64,000 nt of DNA, from the NCBI GenBank assembly GCA_009784665.1, contig WRBH01000001.1, positions 7,267 to 71,266 of the forward strand. The letters run 5' to 3'. The notes below the pieces were generated by a model. It worked only from the letters and a program-made list of their open reading frames with translations. It was not told the DNA's origin and searched no databases. Within the stretch, counting starts at the first letter, position 1. Every line of letters starts with the position of its first letter. Positions 45,935 to 54,698 of the stretch are shown here, piece after piece. Position numbers and translations under genes: made by a program. This DNA is from Bacillota bacterium (lineage in GTDB: Bacteria > Bacillota > Clostridia > Christensenellales > UBA1242).

Positions 45935-47512
45935 ATGATAACTCTTTTGAAAGGTGGCAGTGTTTACGATGGAACGGGTGCGGTAGTCAATGTTTTGGAC
46001 ATTCTTGTCAGCGGGGATAAAATAATAGAAATTGGTACGGATATCAAGTCCAAGGCAGACCGAGTGATTGACTGTACGGGCCTGTGCGTTGCCCCAGGCT
46101 TTATCGACGCACACAGCCATAACGACTTTTTTGTATTAAGCAAACAGTCCCAGGAATACTTCGCCCCATTCCTGCGACAAGGTATTACAAGCCAAGTCGT
46201 AGGAAATTGCGGCAAGTCCGCGTTTGGGGTTGATATGAACTCGCCCCATGTACCTGTTGCCAGTGGCGGTCTGTTCCCCCCACCTATGTCGGGGTCGTTT
46301 ACCGATTTTGTTCGGGATTCCCAAGGCAAGCTGCACCTGAATATTGTCCCCCTAATAGGCCATGGTACAATTCGCGGAGGAATGGTAGGAATGGACCCAA
46401 AACATTTTACACAGGAACAAAACGACGAAATGATAACCCACATAGACGAAGCCATGGAAAACGGTGCGTTCGGGGGCAGCTTTGGGATAATGTACGAACC
46501 TGGAATGTACGCAGACGAGGAGGAGCTGCTTACTTTTGCCCGTGCGTTAAAGAAACATGACGGAATCTTGACAATTCATCCAAGGGCGTGTTCCAGCGTC
46601 TCGCTTGCCTATCGCCCTATGTTCACCCGACCACATATAGAGATCGCCTTGAACGAAGTTGAAAACTTTATGGTGAAAACTGGCGTGCGAACACAATACA
46701 GCCACTTAATCTTTGTTGGCGAGAAAACATGGAAAACCTATGATACGATGGTTAGGAGATTTCGCGAAATGCAGGAAGCAGGTCACGATATCGCCTTTGA
46801 TATTTATGCGTATACATTTGGATGCTCGGTTATTACGGTCATCTTGCCGCCGTGGTATTTGGGGTTGTCACCCGAGAAACGAAAAAGTCGCTTCGTTCGA
46901 ATGCGGTTAAAGATGTTGATGAAGATTTCGATGAAACTGCTTGGCTTTGGGTTTGAGGAAATTCTAGTTCAATATATATCTCCCAAACACAAGCATTACG
47001 AGGGTAAAACCATCGCTCAAATTGCACGAGACGAGGGCAAATCCGCAACTGATATGTACCTTGAACTGGTGGAATTGTCCAACGCAGAAGGAAGGTTGTT
47101 AATCAGCAAATACTCGACTGACGAGATGGTGTTAAAGTTAATGCAAAACCCTCAATCCCTCCTGATGACGGACGCCTGGTGGGAGGAGGCGGGATACCAG
47201 AACACCGCGACCTATCAGGGCTTTCCAGAGTTCTTGGTCATAGCAAAAAGACATAATTTACCGCTGGAGCGAATCATCCACAAAATGACGGGGGCAACGG
47301 CAGCAAGATTCAAAATCCCCAACCGAGGGACAATCGCCGAGGGAAACTTTGCCGACATAACAGTCTTTGATTACGAGAATGTATCCACTAACCTGTCAGT
47401 TCCCGATGAAGCACCAAAAGGAATAAAATATGTCCTTGTTAACGGGCAACTGGTTGTTGATAATGAACAATATACTCCCAATCTTTGTGGACGAATGCTT
47501 ACGCGAGCGTAA
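45935..47512 (+). CDS. amidohydrolase family protein (N-acyl-D-amino-acid deacylase-like)
   Basis: GGSVYDGTG...DILVSGDKIIEIG...VAPGFIDAHSHND is a typical D-aminoacylase N-terminus. Leaderless geometry: TTGTCA-18-TATTAT-5 nt-ATG. Confidence 0.85.
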   Translation: MITLLKGGSVYDGTGAVVNVLDILVSGDKIIEIGTDIKSKADRVIDCTGLCVAPGFIDAHSHNDFFVLSKQSQEYFAPFLRQGITSQVVGNCGKSAFGVDMNSPHVPVASGGLFPPPMSGSFTDFVRDSQGKLHLNIVPLIGHGTIRGGMVGMDPKHFTQEQNDEMITHIDEAMENGAFGGSFGIMYEPGMYADEEELLTFARALKKHDGILTIHPRACSSVSLAYRPMFTRPHIEIALNEVENFMVKTGVRTQYSHLIFVGEKTWKTYDTMVRRFREMQEAGHDIAFDIYAYTFGCSVITVILPPWYLGLSPEKRKSRFVRMRLKMLMKISMKLLGFGFEEILVQYISPKHKHYEGKTIAQIARDEGKSATDMYLELVELSNAEGRLLISKYSTDEMVLKLMQNPQSLLMTDAWWEEAGYQNTATYQGFPEFLVIAKRHNLPLERIIHKMTGATAARFKIPNRGTIAEGNFADITVFDYENVSTNLSVPDEAPKGIKYVLVNGQLVVDNEQYTPNLCGRMLTRA

Positions 47513-48107
47513 CAGCTTGCTTCTCTTCTGGCATTTTTTGATAGTTCTCTCTTTGATGCGGGTCAAACTTCATCATGCTTTTCTTTGGGGCGTACTTTTC
47601 CGAGTTCAATTGTATTATTGGTTCCTCGTATTTTTCGATCACCCTCTCGGCGTTATAGCGTAAGCCGACCATTGCACGCTTTCCAGCCTCTTTCATAGCC
47701 ACTTCCTTTGAACCCCTACCATGCATAATTGAACCCGAGTAAAGATTCTCTATCTTATCGCCATTCTCTTGATTACTCAAAACACCTTTGACCGCAACAG
47801 TCCTTGACCTCGGGTTAATTCTATACGGTTCGCCAGATTCAAAAATATAGTCACCCAAGAAGCCCCTGATTACTTCAATATTATCTTGGTAAATCATTCC
47901 TTCCTGGCCTTTTGTGATTTTGTTCTGTTTGTGTATTCCTATCGCCTCTTGTTGCTCTTCTTCGGTCATGGCTTCCCATACTCTTGCATGTTCAAGGGCT
48001 TGTTCGATTTCCACGACTGTATAATTGGGTTTTGGGCTGTCCGTCAACAGATTCAGTCTGTTACGCGCCGCTCTCTCCCTCCTCATCATGATGTCAAGCG
48101 TTGGCAT
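47499..48107 (-). CDS. hypothetical protein (202 aa)
   Basis: The start is moved to MPTLDIMMRR, behind AAAGGAGGTAG. I recognise no family. Confidence 0.55.
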   Translation of the reverse strand: MPTLDIMMRRERAARNRLNLLTDSPKPNYTVVEIEQALEHARVWEAMTEEEQQEAIGIHKQNKITKGQEGMIYQDNIEVIRGFLGDYIFESGEPYRINPRSRTVAVKGVLSNQENGDKIENLYSGSIMHGRGSKEVAMKEAGKRAMVGLRYNAERVIEKYEEPIIQLNSEKYAPKKSMMKFDPHQRENYQKMPEEKQAVTLA

Positions 48108-48143
48108 GACTACCTCCTTTAACCCCAATGCAATATTATCACA

Positions 48144-48172
48144 TAAAAAAAAGCCCGCGAGTCAAGCGGGCT
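48144..48172 (-). terminator. intrinsic terminator after the M23-like gene
   Basis: On the minus strand: AGCCCGC TTGACTC GCGGGCT followed by a run of T residues. Confidence 0.75.
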
Positions 48173-48189
48173 TTATCTGATGGCAAATA

Positions 48190-48807
48190 TTATTTATCGC
48201 CTAGGTCAATGAAGTTCGCTGGGTTGACGCGAGTGCCATCCTTCAGAACCTCAATACGAACATGTGGCGTGCTGGTGAATTCGAATGTGGAAGTTGTTCC
48301 AACTGTTCCGATTTTTTGACCTTGTTCAACGCGTTGATTTGGGGTCACCACCACATTGCGGTCAAGGGACTGGAACACAGTTGCCAGGCCTTCACCATGA
48401 TCAATCGTAACAGTTGTACCGTGGATTGTTGTGGTGACACTGCGAACCACACCTGCATATGTTGCCAGAACCTCTGTACCTGTTGCAGCCCCAAGGTTCA
48501 ATGCCCTATGTGACTGCCAGCGATTCATTGTTGAATTAAACTGCAATTGGGTACCACTATACTCCTTGAGGACAGTAAAGCTTTCGGTGCCCAAGGGGAA
48601 CCTGAAGACTATCGCACCACCGCCGACTTCGTCGTCGCCTCCTCCTCCACCGCCGCCTCCACCACCGGGCTGGCTAAGGCTTAATGCCGTAAAGGTTATT
48701 GCAACCGTGAGCATCAGCATTATCAACAACGCCGAAAACCCTATTGCTCGTGCACGCCTTCTATCCGCTCTTGTAGACACCCTTAGTTCATTGTTTTTGT
48801 TGCTCAT
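48190..48807 (-). CDS. membrane-anchored LytM/M23 domain protein with degenerate active site
   Basis: N-terminal TM, a poly-Gly linker, then an M23 fold. HRALN replaces HxxxD, FQSL replaces the family xxHL, and PHVRIE replaces HLHFE. Confidence 0.8.
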   Translation of the reverse strand: MSNKNNELRVSTRADRRRARAIGFSALLIMLMLTVAITFTALSLSQPGGGGGGGGGGDDEVGGGAIVFRFPLGTESFTVLKEYSGTQLQFNSTMNRWQSHRALNLGAATGTEVLATYAGVVRSVTTTIHGTTVTIDHGEGLATVFQSLDRNVVVTPNQRVEQGQKIGTVGTTSTFEFTSTPHVRIEVLKDGTRVNPANFIDLGDK

Positions 48808-48862
48808 TTTCTGACCTCCTTGCCTTGATAGTTGACAAGGTAAGGTCAGTTTATACAGATAA

Positions 48863-49741
48863 TTACATATCTTTTTCCCAATCGACGCCCATATCCGCCC
48901 AAGCCGCGTCAGTCAGGTCAACCCACTTTCCTGTTTGCGAGTTGTCGATAAGAAAAATTGCCTCCTTATGGTCAGCGATTCGTTGGTTCCTTGATTGCTC
49001 GTCCAGCATTCTGTCCGTCGAGATATCGTTGCTTATTCTTGGTACTGTGCCGTATTTGTCCCAGTCTGATTGACTGCTTGGAAACTCCACCACATCCATT
49101 TGGTTTGAATAATCTTGCCCTTCTTGGTGGCTGTTATCCGTTTCAATTGCCCCATCGAAAACCTCTCTTGCAGTGGCTAAGGATTGCACAGGATGATCCA
49201 TCATTCGACCTGCGTACCTTTTCCAATTTTCATTGTTATAGTCAGAGCTATGGTTCGGGAAAAATTCTTTAAACACATTCTCGCTGTCCCCCACTGCGAC
49301 TGGCAATTCAAACTGGTCACTAAACAAATCCTCCGAGTTCAAGATCTTGTCTTCTATATCCATAATCCCCAACCAATAGTCAATAAAGTAATGCCCATCT
49401 TGCGTATTTGTAAAATCACGCTGGTGCATGTCAGCCAATTTCCCCTGTTGCTCCAAAGAATATTTTTCCCAATTAAGGGGCCTGTTACCACCTGACCATA
49501 TTTCGTTTGCAAGAACTTTCCTGGAAATCATGCTGTTAAACAATGTGGTTTTTTTTACCTTGTCCGTTTCGGATTTGGTATAGGCCGGATCCAAATCATA
49601 TTTCAAGGCTGCCCTGCGTGCCTCTGCGATTGTACCCACTTGAAGTGCCTGTGCTAAATCCTGCAATTCTAAATCGTTGCCCCCCTCCGCCATTAACTGG
49701 CTGTACCTGTTGCGAACTACATCTATTACTGCCCTATCCAT
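48863..49741 (-). CDS. hypothetical protein (292 aa)
   Basis: Long intact ORF with an AAGGAGGTAG SD. I recognise no family. Confidence 0.55.
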   Translation of the reverse strand: MDRAVIDVVRNRYSQLMAEGGNDLELQDLAQALQVGTIAEARRAALKYDLDPAYTKSETDKVKKTTLFNSMISRKVLANEIWSGGNRPLNWEKYSLEQQGKLADMHQRDFTNTQDGHYFIDYWLGIMDIEDKILNSEDLFSDQFELPVAVGDSENVFKEFFPNHSSDYNNENWKRYAGRMMDHPVQSLATAREVFDGAIETDNSHQEGQDYSNQMDVVEFPSSQSDWDKYGTVPRISNDISTDRMLDEQSRNQRIADHKEAIFLIDNSQTGKWVDLTDAAWADMGVDWEKDM

Positions 49742-49753
49742 GAACTACCTCCT

Positions 49754-50236
49754 TTAGATTAAATACTCCTCAATTGACTTGCGTACTCCGTGATAGCGAC
49801 TGGTCCCCATGTCTTCCCTTGCGTAACCTATTGGCAGAAATGCTATTGGGTCAAGGCCTTCTGGCAAGTTGAACACTTTTATGGTCTTGTCGGCATCAAA
49901 ATTTTGGACCCAGCAACTGCCGATCCCAAGGTCCCAAGCTTGATACATCATAGCGGTTGTTGCAATAACGGCACCAACCTTTCCCCAGTCATTTCCGTTG
50001 TCAATCCCACATATCAGGATGACGGCAGGAGCTCCATATCGACATGGCGTACATTGATCGACTAATCCTAAATCAGCGGGCGTTACTAGAACCTTGAACC
50101 TTTGCAGCTGAGAATTTTTTGCCGTAGGGGCAAGAATTCCTGCTTGCAATATCTTATCTAACTTGTTTTGTTCGACAGGGATATCTTTGAATCCCCGCAC
50201 TGAATAGCGATCTTTTAACAATTTTTCGAAGCTCAT
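49754..50236 (-). CDS. nitroreductase family protein
   Basis: RYSVRGFKD...ILQAGILAPTAKNSQ is a typical nitroreductase N-terminus. Confidence 0.85.
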   Translation of the reverse strand: MSFEKLLKDRYSVRGFKDIPVEQNKLDKILQAGILAPTAKNSQLQRFKVLVTPADLGLVDQCTPCRYGAPAVILICGIDNGNDWGKVGAVIATTAMMYQAWDLGIGSCWVQNFDADKTIKVFNLPEGLDPIAFLPIGYAREDMGTSRYHGVRKSIEEYLI

Positions 50237-50265
50237 AATATGTCTATATCATAAAAAATTTTTTG

Positions 50266-50448
50266 TTGACAACTCATTTCGATTCAAGTATAATCTAATA
50301 GGTTTACACATGAACAACTTTGTGAGAGGAATGGCTGCAATCGTTATGGACAACACACGGCTTGCCAAGTGTGTCTTTTAGGAATGATTATCTAAAACCA
50401 CATTACACACTTGGCAAGTCAAAACTGACCCTTCTTACGGGGTTTTTT
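50266..50448 (+). promoter_or_regulatory. candidate cis-regulatory leader or small RNA: promoter, 23-codon uORF, 14-bp perfect inverted repeat, terminator
   Basis: TTGACA (50266-50271), 17 nt, TATAAT (50289-50294). uORF at 50310-50381. Inverted repeat CTTGCCAAGTGTGT (50361-50374) / ACACACTTGGCAAG (50405-50418). ACCCU...GGGGU hairpin at 50428-50443 followed by a T-run to 50448. Confidence 0.5.
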
Positions 50449-50520
50449 GTTGTAGTCATAACAATCAGCAAAATTGTGTCATGTGTAAAATCAAAATTTA
50501 AAAAGGAGATTTATATTATA

Positions 50521-50973
50521 ATGAGAGAAAATTATCCTCAATATGTTCAAGATGTAGTGGACGGTAAAAAGTCGTTCCTAGATGGCTTTTGGGACTATCT
50601 AGACGAGCAGCGCGAGGCACGAGACGCACAGAAAGAACCACTTACACCAAAGCAAGTAGCAAAACAGAGACTCAAGAAAAAGTTGTTTAGTTTTGAGGCA
50701 ACAAAAGATGATTGGCATGGAATGCAACACATTTTGCATGATGCCGCAGTTGCAGCAGGTGCAGAACCTGGAACGGAGTTGTATGACTATGCACTCAAAC
50801 AAGGATTCTTAGCCTACCAACTTGGCATGATTCTTGGCGGAGAGTTTGGCGAGCACCCGCGAATAGTCCTAAACCATGCCCACAAATCGGCAGAAAAAAG
50901 GGTTGCACAAGTAGTTGCTGAAGGAATTCCACAACCCGAACAAATGACTTACGAACCAGAAAACTTGCACTAA
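50521..50973 (+). CDS. hypothetical protein (150 aa)
   Basis: The start is moved to ATG 50521, behind AAAGGAG. The longer TTG-initiated ORF from 50362 runs through the structured leader and is rejected. Confidence 0.55.
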   Translation: MRENYPQYVQDVVDGKKSFLDGFWDYLDEQREARDAQKEPLTPKQVAKQRLKKKLFSFEATKDDWHGMQHILHDAAVAAGAEPGTELYDYALKQGFLAYQLGMILGGEFGEHPRIVLNHAHKSAEKRVAQVVAEGIPQPEQMTYEPENLH

Positions 50974-50979
50974 GAATCG

Positions 50980-52272
50980 TTATCCCTTCATCTCTATTCT
51001 ATCTACACCACCCAAATATTTTCTTAAGACTTCTGGGATTGTGACCGATCCATCCGCGTTTTGGAATTGCTCTAAGATCGCAGGGAACAAACGACTTGTC
51101 GCCAAGCCCGATGCATTCAAGGTGTGAACAAATTGTTTGCCCTTCTCGGTTGTTGTGCGGATGTTCGCACGACGGGCTTGATAGCAATGTGCGTTGGATG
51201 AACTGGAAACCTCCTTATAACCCTTCATGCTTGGCACCCAGACCTCGATGTCATAGGTTTTTGCCATAGCCGCCCCAGTGTCCCCTGCGGACAACAAAAC
51301 GGTTTGATAGTGCAGTCCAAGACCCTCGACAAGTTTCTCCGCGTTGCGAACAAGCTCTTTATGTAACTCGTCACTTTGTTCGGCTGTTGCAAACATGAAC
51401 ATTTCAACCTTATTGAATTGATGTCCACGAATCATGCCGCGCTCGGATGCTCCGTATCCCCCTGCCTCTTTCCTGTAACATGGGCTGTAGGCTGCATACT
51501 TGATTGGCAACTTATCGATGGCAAGGTTTTCTCCCCTATGCATGTTAATTAGTGCTGTCTCGGATGTTGGTAAGAGGAACTTGGTTGACTTTAGGTCGTC
51601 CCCGAAATTGGTAACAAACACATCATCGGCGAACTTTGGAAATTGGCCGGCGGTATAGCCCGACTCGTAATTCAAAAGGTGTGGTGGCAATACAAACTCG
51701 TACCTATTTGCCACATGGAAATCAATGAAGTAATTAAGCAATGCCCACTCAAGGCGAGCTCCCATGCCTTTATAAACCCAGTTACCCGATCCACTCATCT
51801 TCGCCCCTGTTTCATAATTAATTAAACCTAAGACGGTTGCCAGTTCAACATGGTCCTTTGGTGTGAATTCAAACACACGTTGCTCCAAGTTAGTTTTCAC
51901 CACCCTGTTGGCTTCTTTACCACCTGCAGTTACTTCATCCGCAGGAATGTTTGGAATTGCAGACATTGCCTCGAATAATCTTGCTTCGATTTTTCGCAGT
52001 TTGTCTTCACTTTTTTCAATCTTTTCGCCCAGTTTCTGCATATCGTGAATTTTAGCATTAATAATTGCCACAGGCTCATCATCGCGTTTCAGCTTTGCAA
52101 TTTCGGAGCTGACCGAGTTTCTTGTTGCCCGCATTTTTTCGATTTTAGCGAGACGGTCTTTACGCTCCTCTTCCATTTCAAGAATTCCTTCGATATCAAG
52201 GACAAACCCCCGTTTTTTCAGTGCCTCCACAAAAGCTTGTGGATTCTCCTTCAATGAATTGAAATCAATCAT
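50980..52272 (-). CDS. serS: serine--tRNA ligase
   Basis: 430 aa with an N-terminal coiled-coil arm, class II motifs and the TLNASGLATSR motif-3 region. Confidence 0.96.
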   Translation of the reverse strand: MIDFNSLKENPQAFVEALKKRGFVLDIEGILEMEEERKDRLAKIEKMRATRNSVSSEIAKLKRDDEPVAIINAKIHDMQKLGEKIEKSEDKLRKIEARLFEAMSAIPNIPADEVTAGGKEANRVVKTNLEQRVFEFTPKDHVELATVLGLINYETGAKMSGSGNWVYKGMGARLEWALLNYFIDFHVANRYEFVLPPHLLNYESGYTAGQFPKFADDVFVTNFGDDLKSTKFLLPTSETALINMHRGENLAIDKLPIKYAAYSPCYRKEAGGYGASERGMIRGHQFNKVEMFMFATAEQSDELHKELVRNAEKLVEGLGLHYQTVLLSAGDTGAAMAKTYDIEVWVPSMKGYKEVSSSSNAHCYQARRANIRTTTEKGKQFVHTLNASGLATSRLFPAILEQFQNADGSVTIPEVLRKYLGGVDRIEMKG

Positions 52273-52273
52273 G

Positions 52274-52308
52274 AAAAAAGCCTAGCATAGCTAGGCCCTT
52301 TCTGTCAA
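52274..52308 (-). promoter_or_regulatory. terminator hairpin nested inside a leaderless-type promoter for serS
   Basis: On the minus strand: TTGACA (52308-52303, containing the upstream TGA stop), 18 nt containing most of the hairpin GCCTAGC-TAT-GCTAGGC (52296-52280), a -10-like TAGGCT (52284-52279) that overlaps the hairpin 3' arm, then TTTTTC and ATG 52272. Confidence 0.5.
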
Positions 52309-54059
52309 CTGTACGCTGCTGTTGTTCGTGCCACAATCCGCTGGCCAGTATTGCGTGGCTTTGGGGCAGGCGGTGGAGGTGCTTCTTGAGGTGGAGGCGG
52401 AGGTGCAATCTCCTTTGGCGGCTCAGCCTTTGTCAACTCACCTTTTATGTGTGCCAGAATTTCTGCGACTATTGAATCCTTGTCAATCGGAGCCGCATCT
52501 TTTTTTGGCAAAGGATCAAGCTCGGGTTTTTCATCCTCTAGATCCATATCTCCGACGCCCATATAATCAATGCTTAACTCTGGTGGTGGAGTTGGCTTTT
52601 CTTGCACAGCAGGAGGCGGCGTAATTGGTCCCTCGTCCAGACGAGAAATCATAATGTCTACTAGTCGCTCGTCAGGGGTTGGCCTCAGCTTTATACCTGG
52701 CGACGATGGTGGAGGAGAGATTATTTCTCTTGGAGGTGGAATTTCCAATTCTACAGGAAGAGGGGCCACAGTAGGAGACGAAGAAACTGGCGGCGGAGGG
52801 GGCTGGACCACAGTTGGCGGAGGGGGCGGCGGAGCTATTATTGGGGGAGGCGGAGGGGGCGGAGCTATAACAGGAGGCGGCGGGTGTGCCCCCATCATTG
52901 GAGGCGGTGGGGGACTCATCATCGGAGGCGGTGGGGGGACTGCTGGAGGTGGGGGCGGCGGGGCCGCGACAAACTCTGCTACTGATGGGGGCGGCACATA
53001 TGGCATCTCTTCAAACTTTTGGAAAATTTCCTCAAGAGGCTCTTCTTGTTGTATTGGTTGTTCCGGCATTGGAATTGGTGCTTCCTCGGAAATTGGATCA
53101 GGTGCTATTTCGACTACAGGAACTTCTTCCTGACTTTCATTAGGTGCCATCTCCAGGCCTATTTCCGCCCCTTCCGACCCCTCTTCTTCTACAGCAACTG
53201 GTATTGGCTTTGCTTTTTTTTCTTTTTTAATCTTCGGCTCTTTTTCCTTTTTCTCTTTTTTTTGTTTTTGCACTGGCTGCTTTCTTTCTATGCCGCATGT
53301 TTCAAATATTTCTTCGTTGAACTCGCGGCCTTCTTTTTTAATCATACGAAGAGTCTTCTCGTGAACCTTGTCGGATGGGGCAGCAAGAAGTAAAATCCCA
53401 CACGCAAAGGCCTGGAAGGTTTCCTCGATACTTTGGAAGAATGAATCTGTATTTTCGGCGAACTCGGACATCTTATCTTGTCTGTATCTCTCGACAGCTG
53501 CATGATAAAAACCGAGGAGAACTGTCGATGCTATTATAAACATAAGAACAGCGAACGGAGCAATGGCCGAATATATTGCGGCAGTTGTTAGTGACCCATC
53601 AACAGATGCATCAGCGAATATGTTTGTTGCCGCCGCAATCTCGACAGCACCACCCCAGATCGTTATCAACATAGCAAGAAATATTATCCCTGCGTTTAAG
53701 AACCAATTATTTCTGATCGCTCCAAATTTTTTGTATTCAGGATTCGTGTGGTAAACAATCATGTTAGAAAAATTCTTGTGTGCGATCACGAATTTGTATA
53801 GAACCATAAGAAATGCACTGCCTGGGTATCTTGCCAAGATTCCTAAATACTCTTCTGCTTTTCTGTCTGGCTCGTGCTCCTCTATACTGGCGATGGTTTG
53901 ATAGTTTATAATCTCGCGCATCAGTGTGCCATCTTTTGCCCTGTACCTGGCAAGTTGCAAGATTTTGAAAAAAGTGAACATAAAAATAAAAATCGCAGGC
54001 AAAATAACCCAAAACAAGGGGAAAGGATAGTTTATGCACCATTCAATTATTCTGGTCAC
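52305..54059 (-). CDS. membrane protein with long proline-rich C-terminal region
   Basis: 584 aa. N-terminal hydrophobic helices, a KEKKEKE linker, then about 300 aa dominated by PPPPP runs. GTG start. Confidence 0.65.
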   Translation of the reverse strand: MTRIIEWCINYPFPLFWVILPAIFIFMFTFFKILQLARYRAKDGTLMREIINYQTIASIEEHEPDRKAEEYLGILARYPGSAFLMVLYKFVIAHKNFSNMIVYHTNPEYKKFGAIRNNWFLNAGIIFLAMLITIWGGAVEIAAATNIFADASVDGSLTTAAIYSAIAPFAVLMFIIASTVLLGFYHAAVERYRQDKMSEFAENTDSFFQSIEETFQAFACGILLLAAPSDKVHEKTLRMIKKEGREFNEEIFETCGIERKQPVQKQKKEKKEKEPKIKKEKKAKPIPVAVEEEGSEGAEIGLEMAPNESQEEVPVVEIAPDPISEEAPIPMPEQPIQQEEPLEEIFQKFEEMPYVPPPSVAEFVAAPPPPPPAVPPPPPMMSPPPPPMMGAHPPPPVIAPPPPPPPIIAPPPPPPTVVQPPPPPVSSSPTVAPLPVELEIPPPREIISPPPSSPGIKLRPTPDERLVDIMISRLDEGPITPPPAVQEKPTPPPELSIDYMGVGDMDLEDEKPELDPLPKKDAAPIDKDSIVAEILAHIKGELTKAEPPKEIAPPPPPQEAPPPPAPKPRNTGQRIVARTTAAYS

Positions 54060-54116
54060 AGCAGTCCCCCATTTACTAGCCTGTGCAATATTTTAGCCTT
54101 TTAACTTCCGTTTTGT

Positions 54117-54698
54117 CTAATTGTTTTTTTTAATTATAAGTATTGTTCTGGTTAAATCTTCTAGATTTTTATCAATAATCTCGACAATTTTAAATTTTAA
54201 GCGGGTCATTATGTGTTTTGCTGAATTAACTTCTTCTTGAAAATTCGGGCCCTTGAAAGCCAAAAGTACTCCGCCCTTTTTTAAAAGTGGTGACGCGAGC
54301 CTGATTAGTTCATTTAACGGTGCAACCGCCCTTGCCGTTACAATATCAAATTCGCCCTTGAAGTCCTCTATCCGACCATGAACCACATATCCATCAATTT
54401 TAAGTTCATCCAAAACATTTTGCAAGAAGTTACACTTCTTGAATGTGCTGTCTATCATTGTAAGAGTTATCTGCGGAAAACTAACCTTCAGCGGAATAGC
54501 AGGACTGCCTGAACCTGACCCTAAATCAATCATCCTAGCACCCTGTTTAAAGAATTTTGAAATCTCGTCATTGAAAAGCAAGCTGTCCTGGATATTATAA
54601 ATCCAGCTCTTCTCCAGTGTTTTGTGGGCAGTCAGATTGAACGCTTTGTTTGTTTCGACGAGAAGGGAGTTGTACATACTCAGTTTGCAGTCTTTCAT
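54117..54698 (-). CDS. rsmG: 16S rRNA (guanine527-N7)-methyltransferase
   Basis: FNLTAHKTLEKSWIYNIQDSLL and IDLGSGSGSPAIPLK motifs. The start is uncertain (54677, 54698 or 54749). Overlaps the murB tail. Confidence 0.88.
   Translation of the reverse strand: MKDCKLSMYNSLLVETNKAFNLTAHKTLEKSWIYNIQDSLLFNDEISKFFKQGARMIDLGSGSGSPAIPLKVSFPQITLTMIDSTFKKCNFLQNVLDELKIDGYVVHGRIEDFKGEFDIVTARAVAPLNELIRLASPLLKKGGVLLAFKGPNFQEEVNSAKHIMTRLKFKIVEIIDKNLEDLTRTILIIKKNN

Noticed and set aside
50362-50520. Extended 203-aa version of orf150, starting at TTG 50362
   Set aside because: The extension runs through the inverted repeat and terminator of the structured leader and has no SD. ATG 50521 has an AAAGGAG upstream.
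52570-53133. Gly-rich 187-aa plus-strand ORF, together with 52886-53143 and 53019-53393
   Set aside because: These are antisense shadows of the CCN-rich proline tract of the minus-strand membrane protein. They have no start signals.
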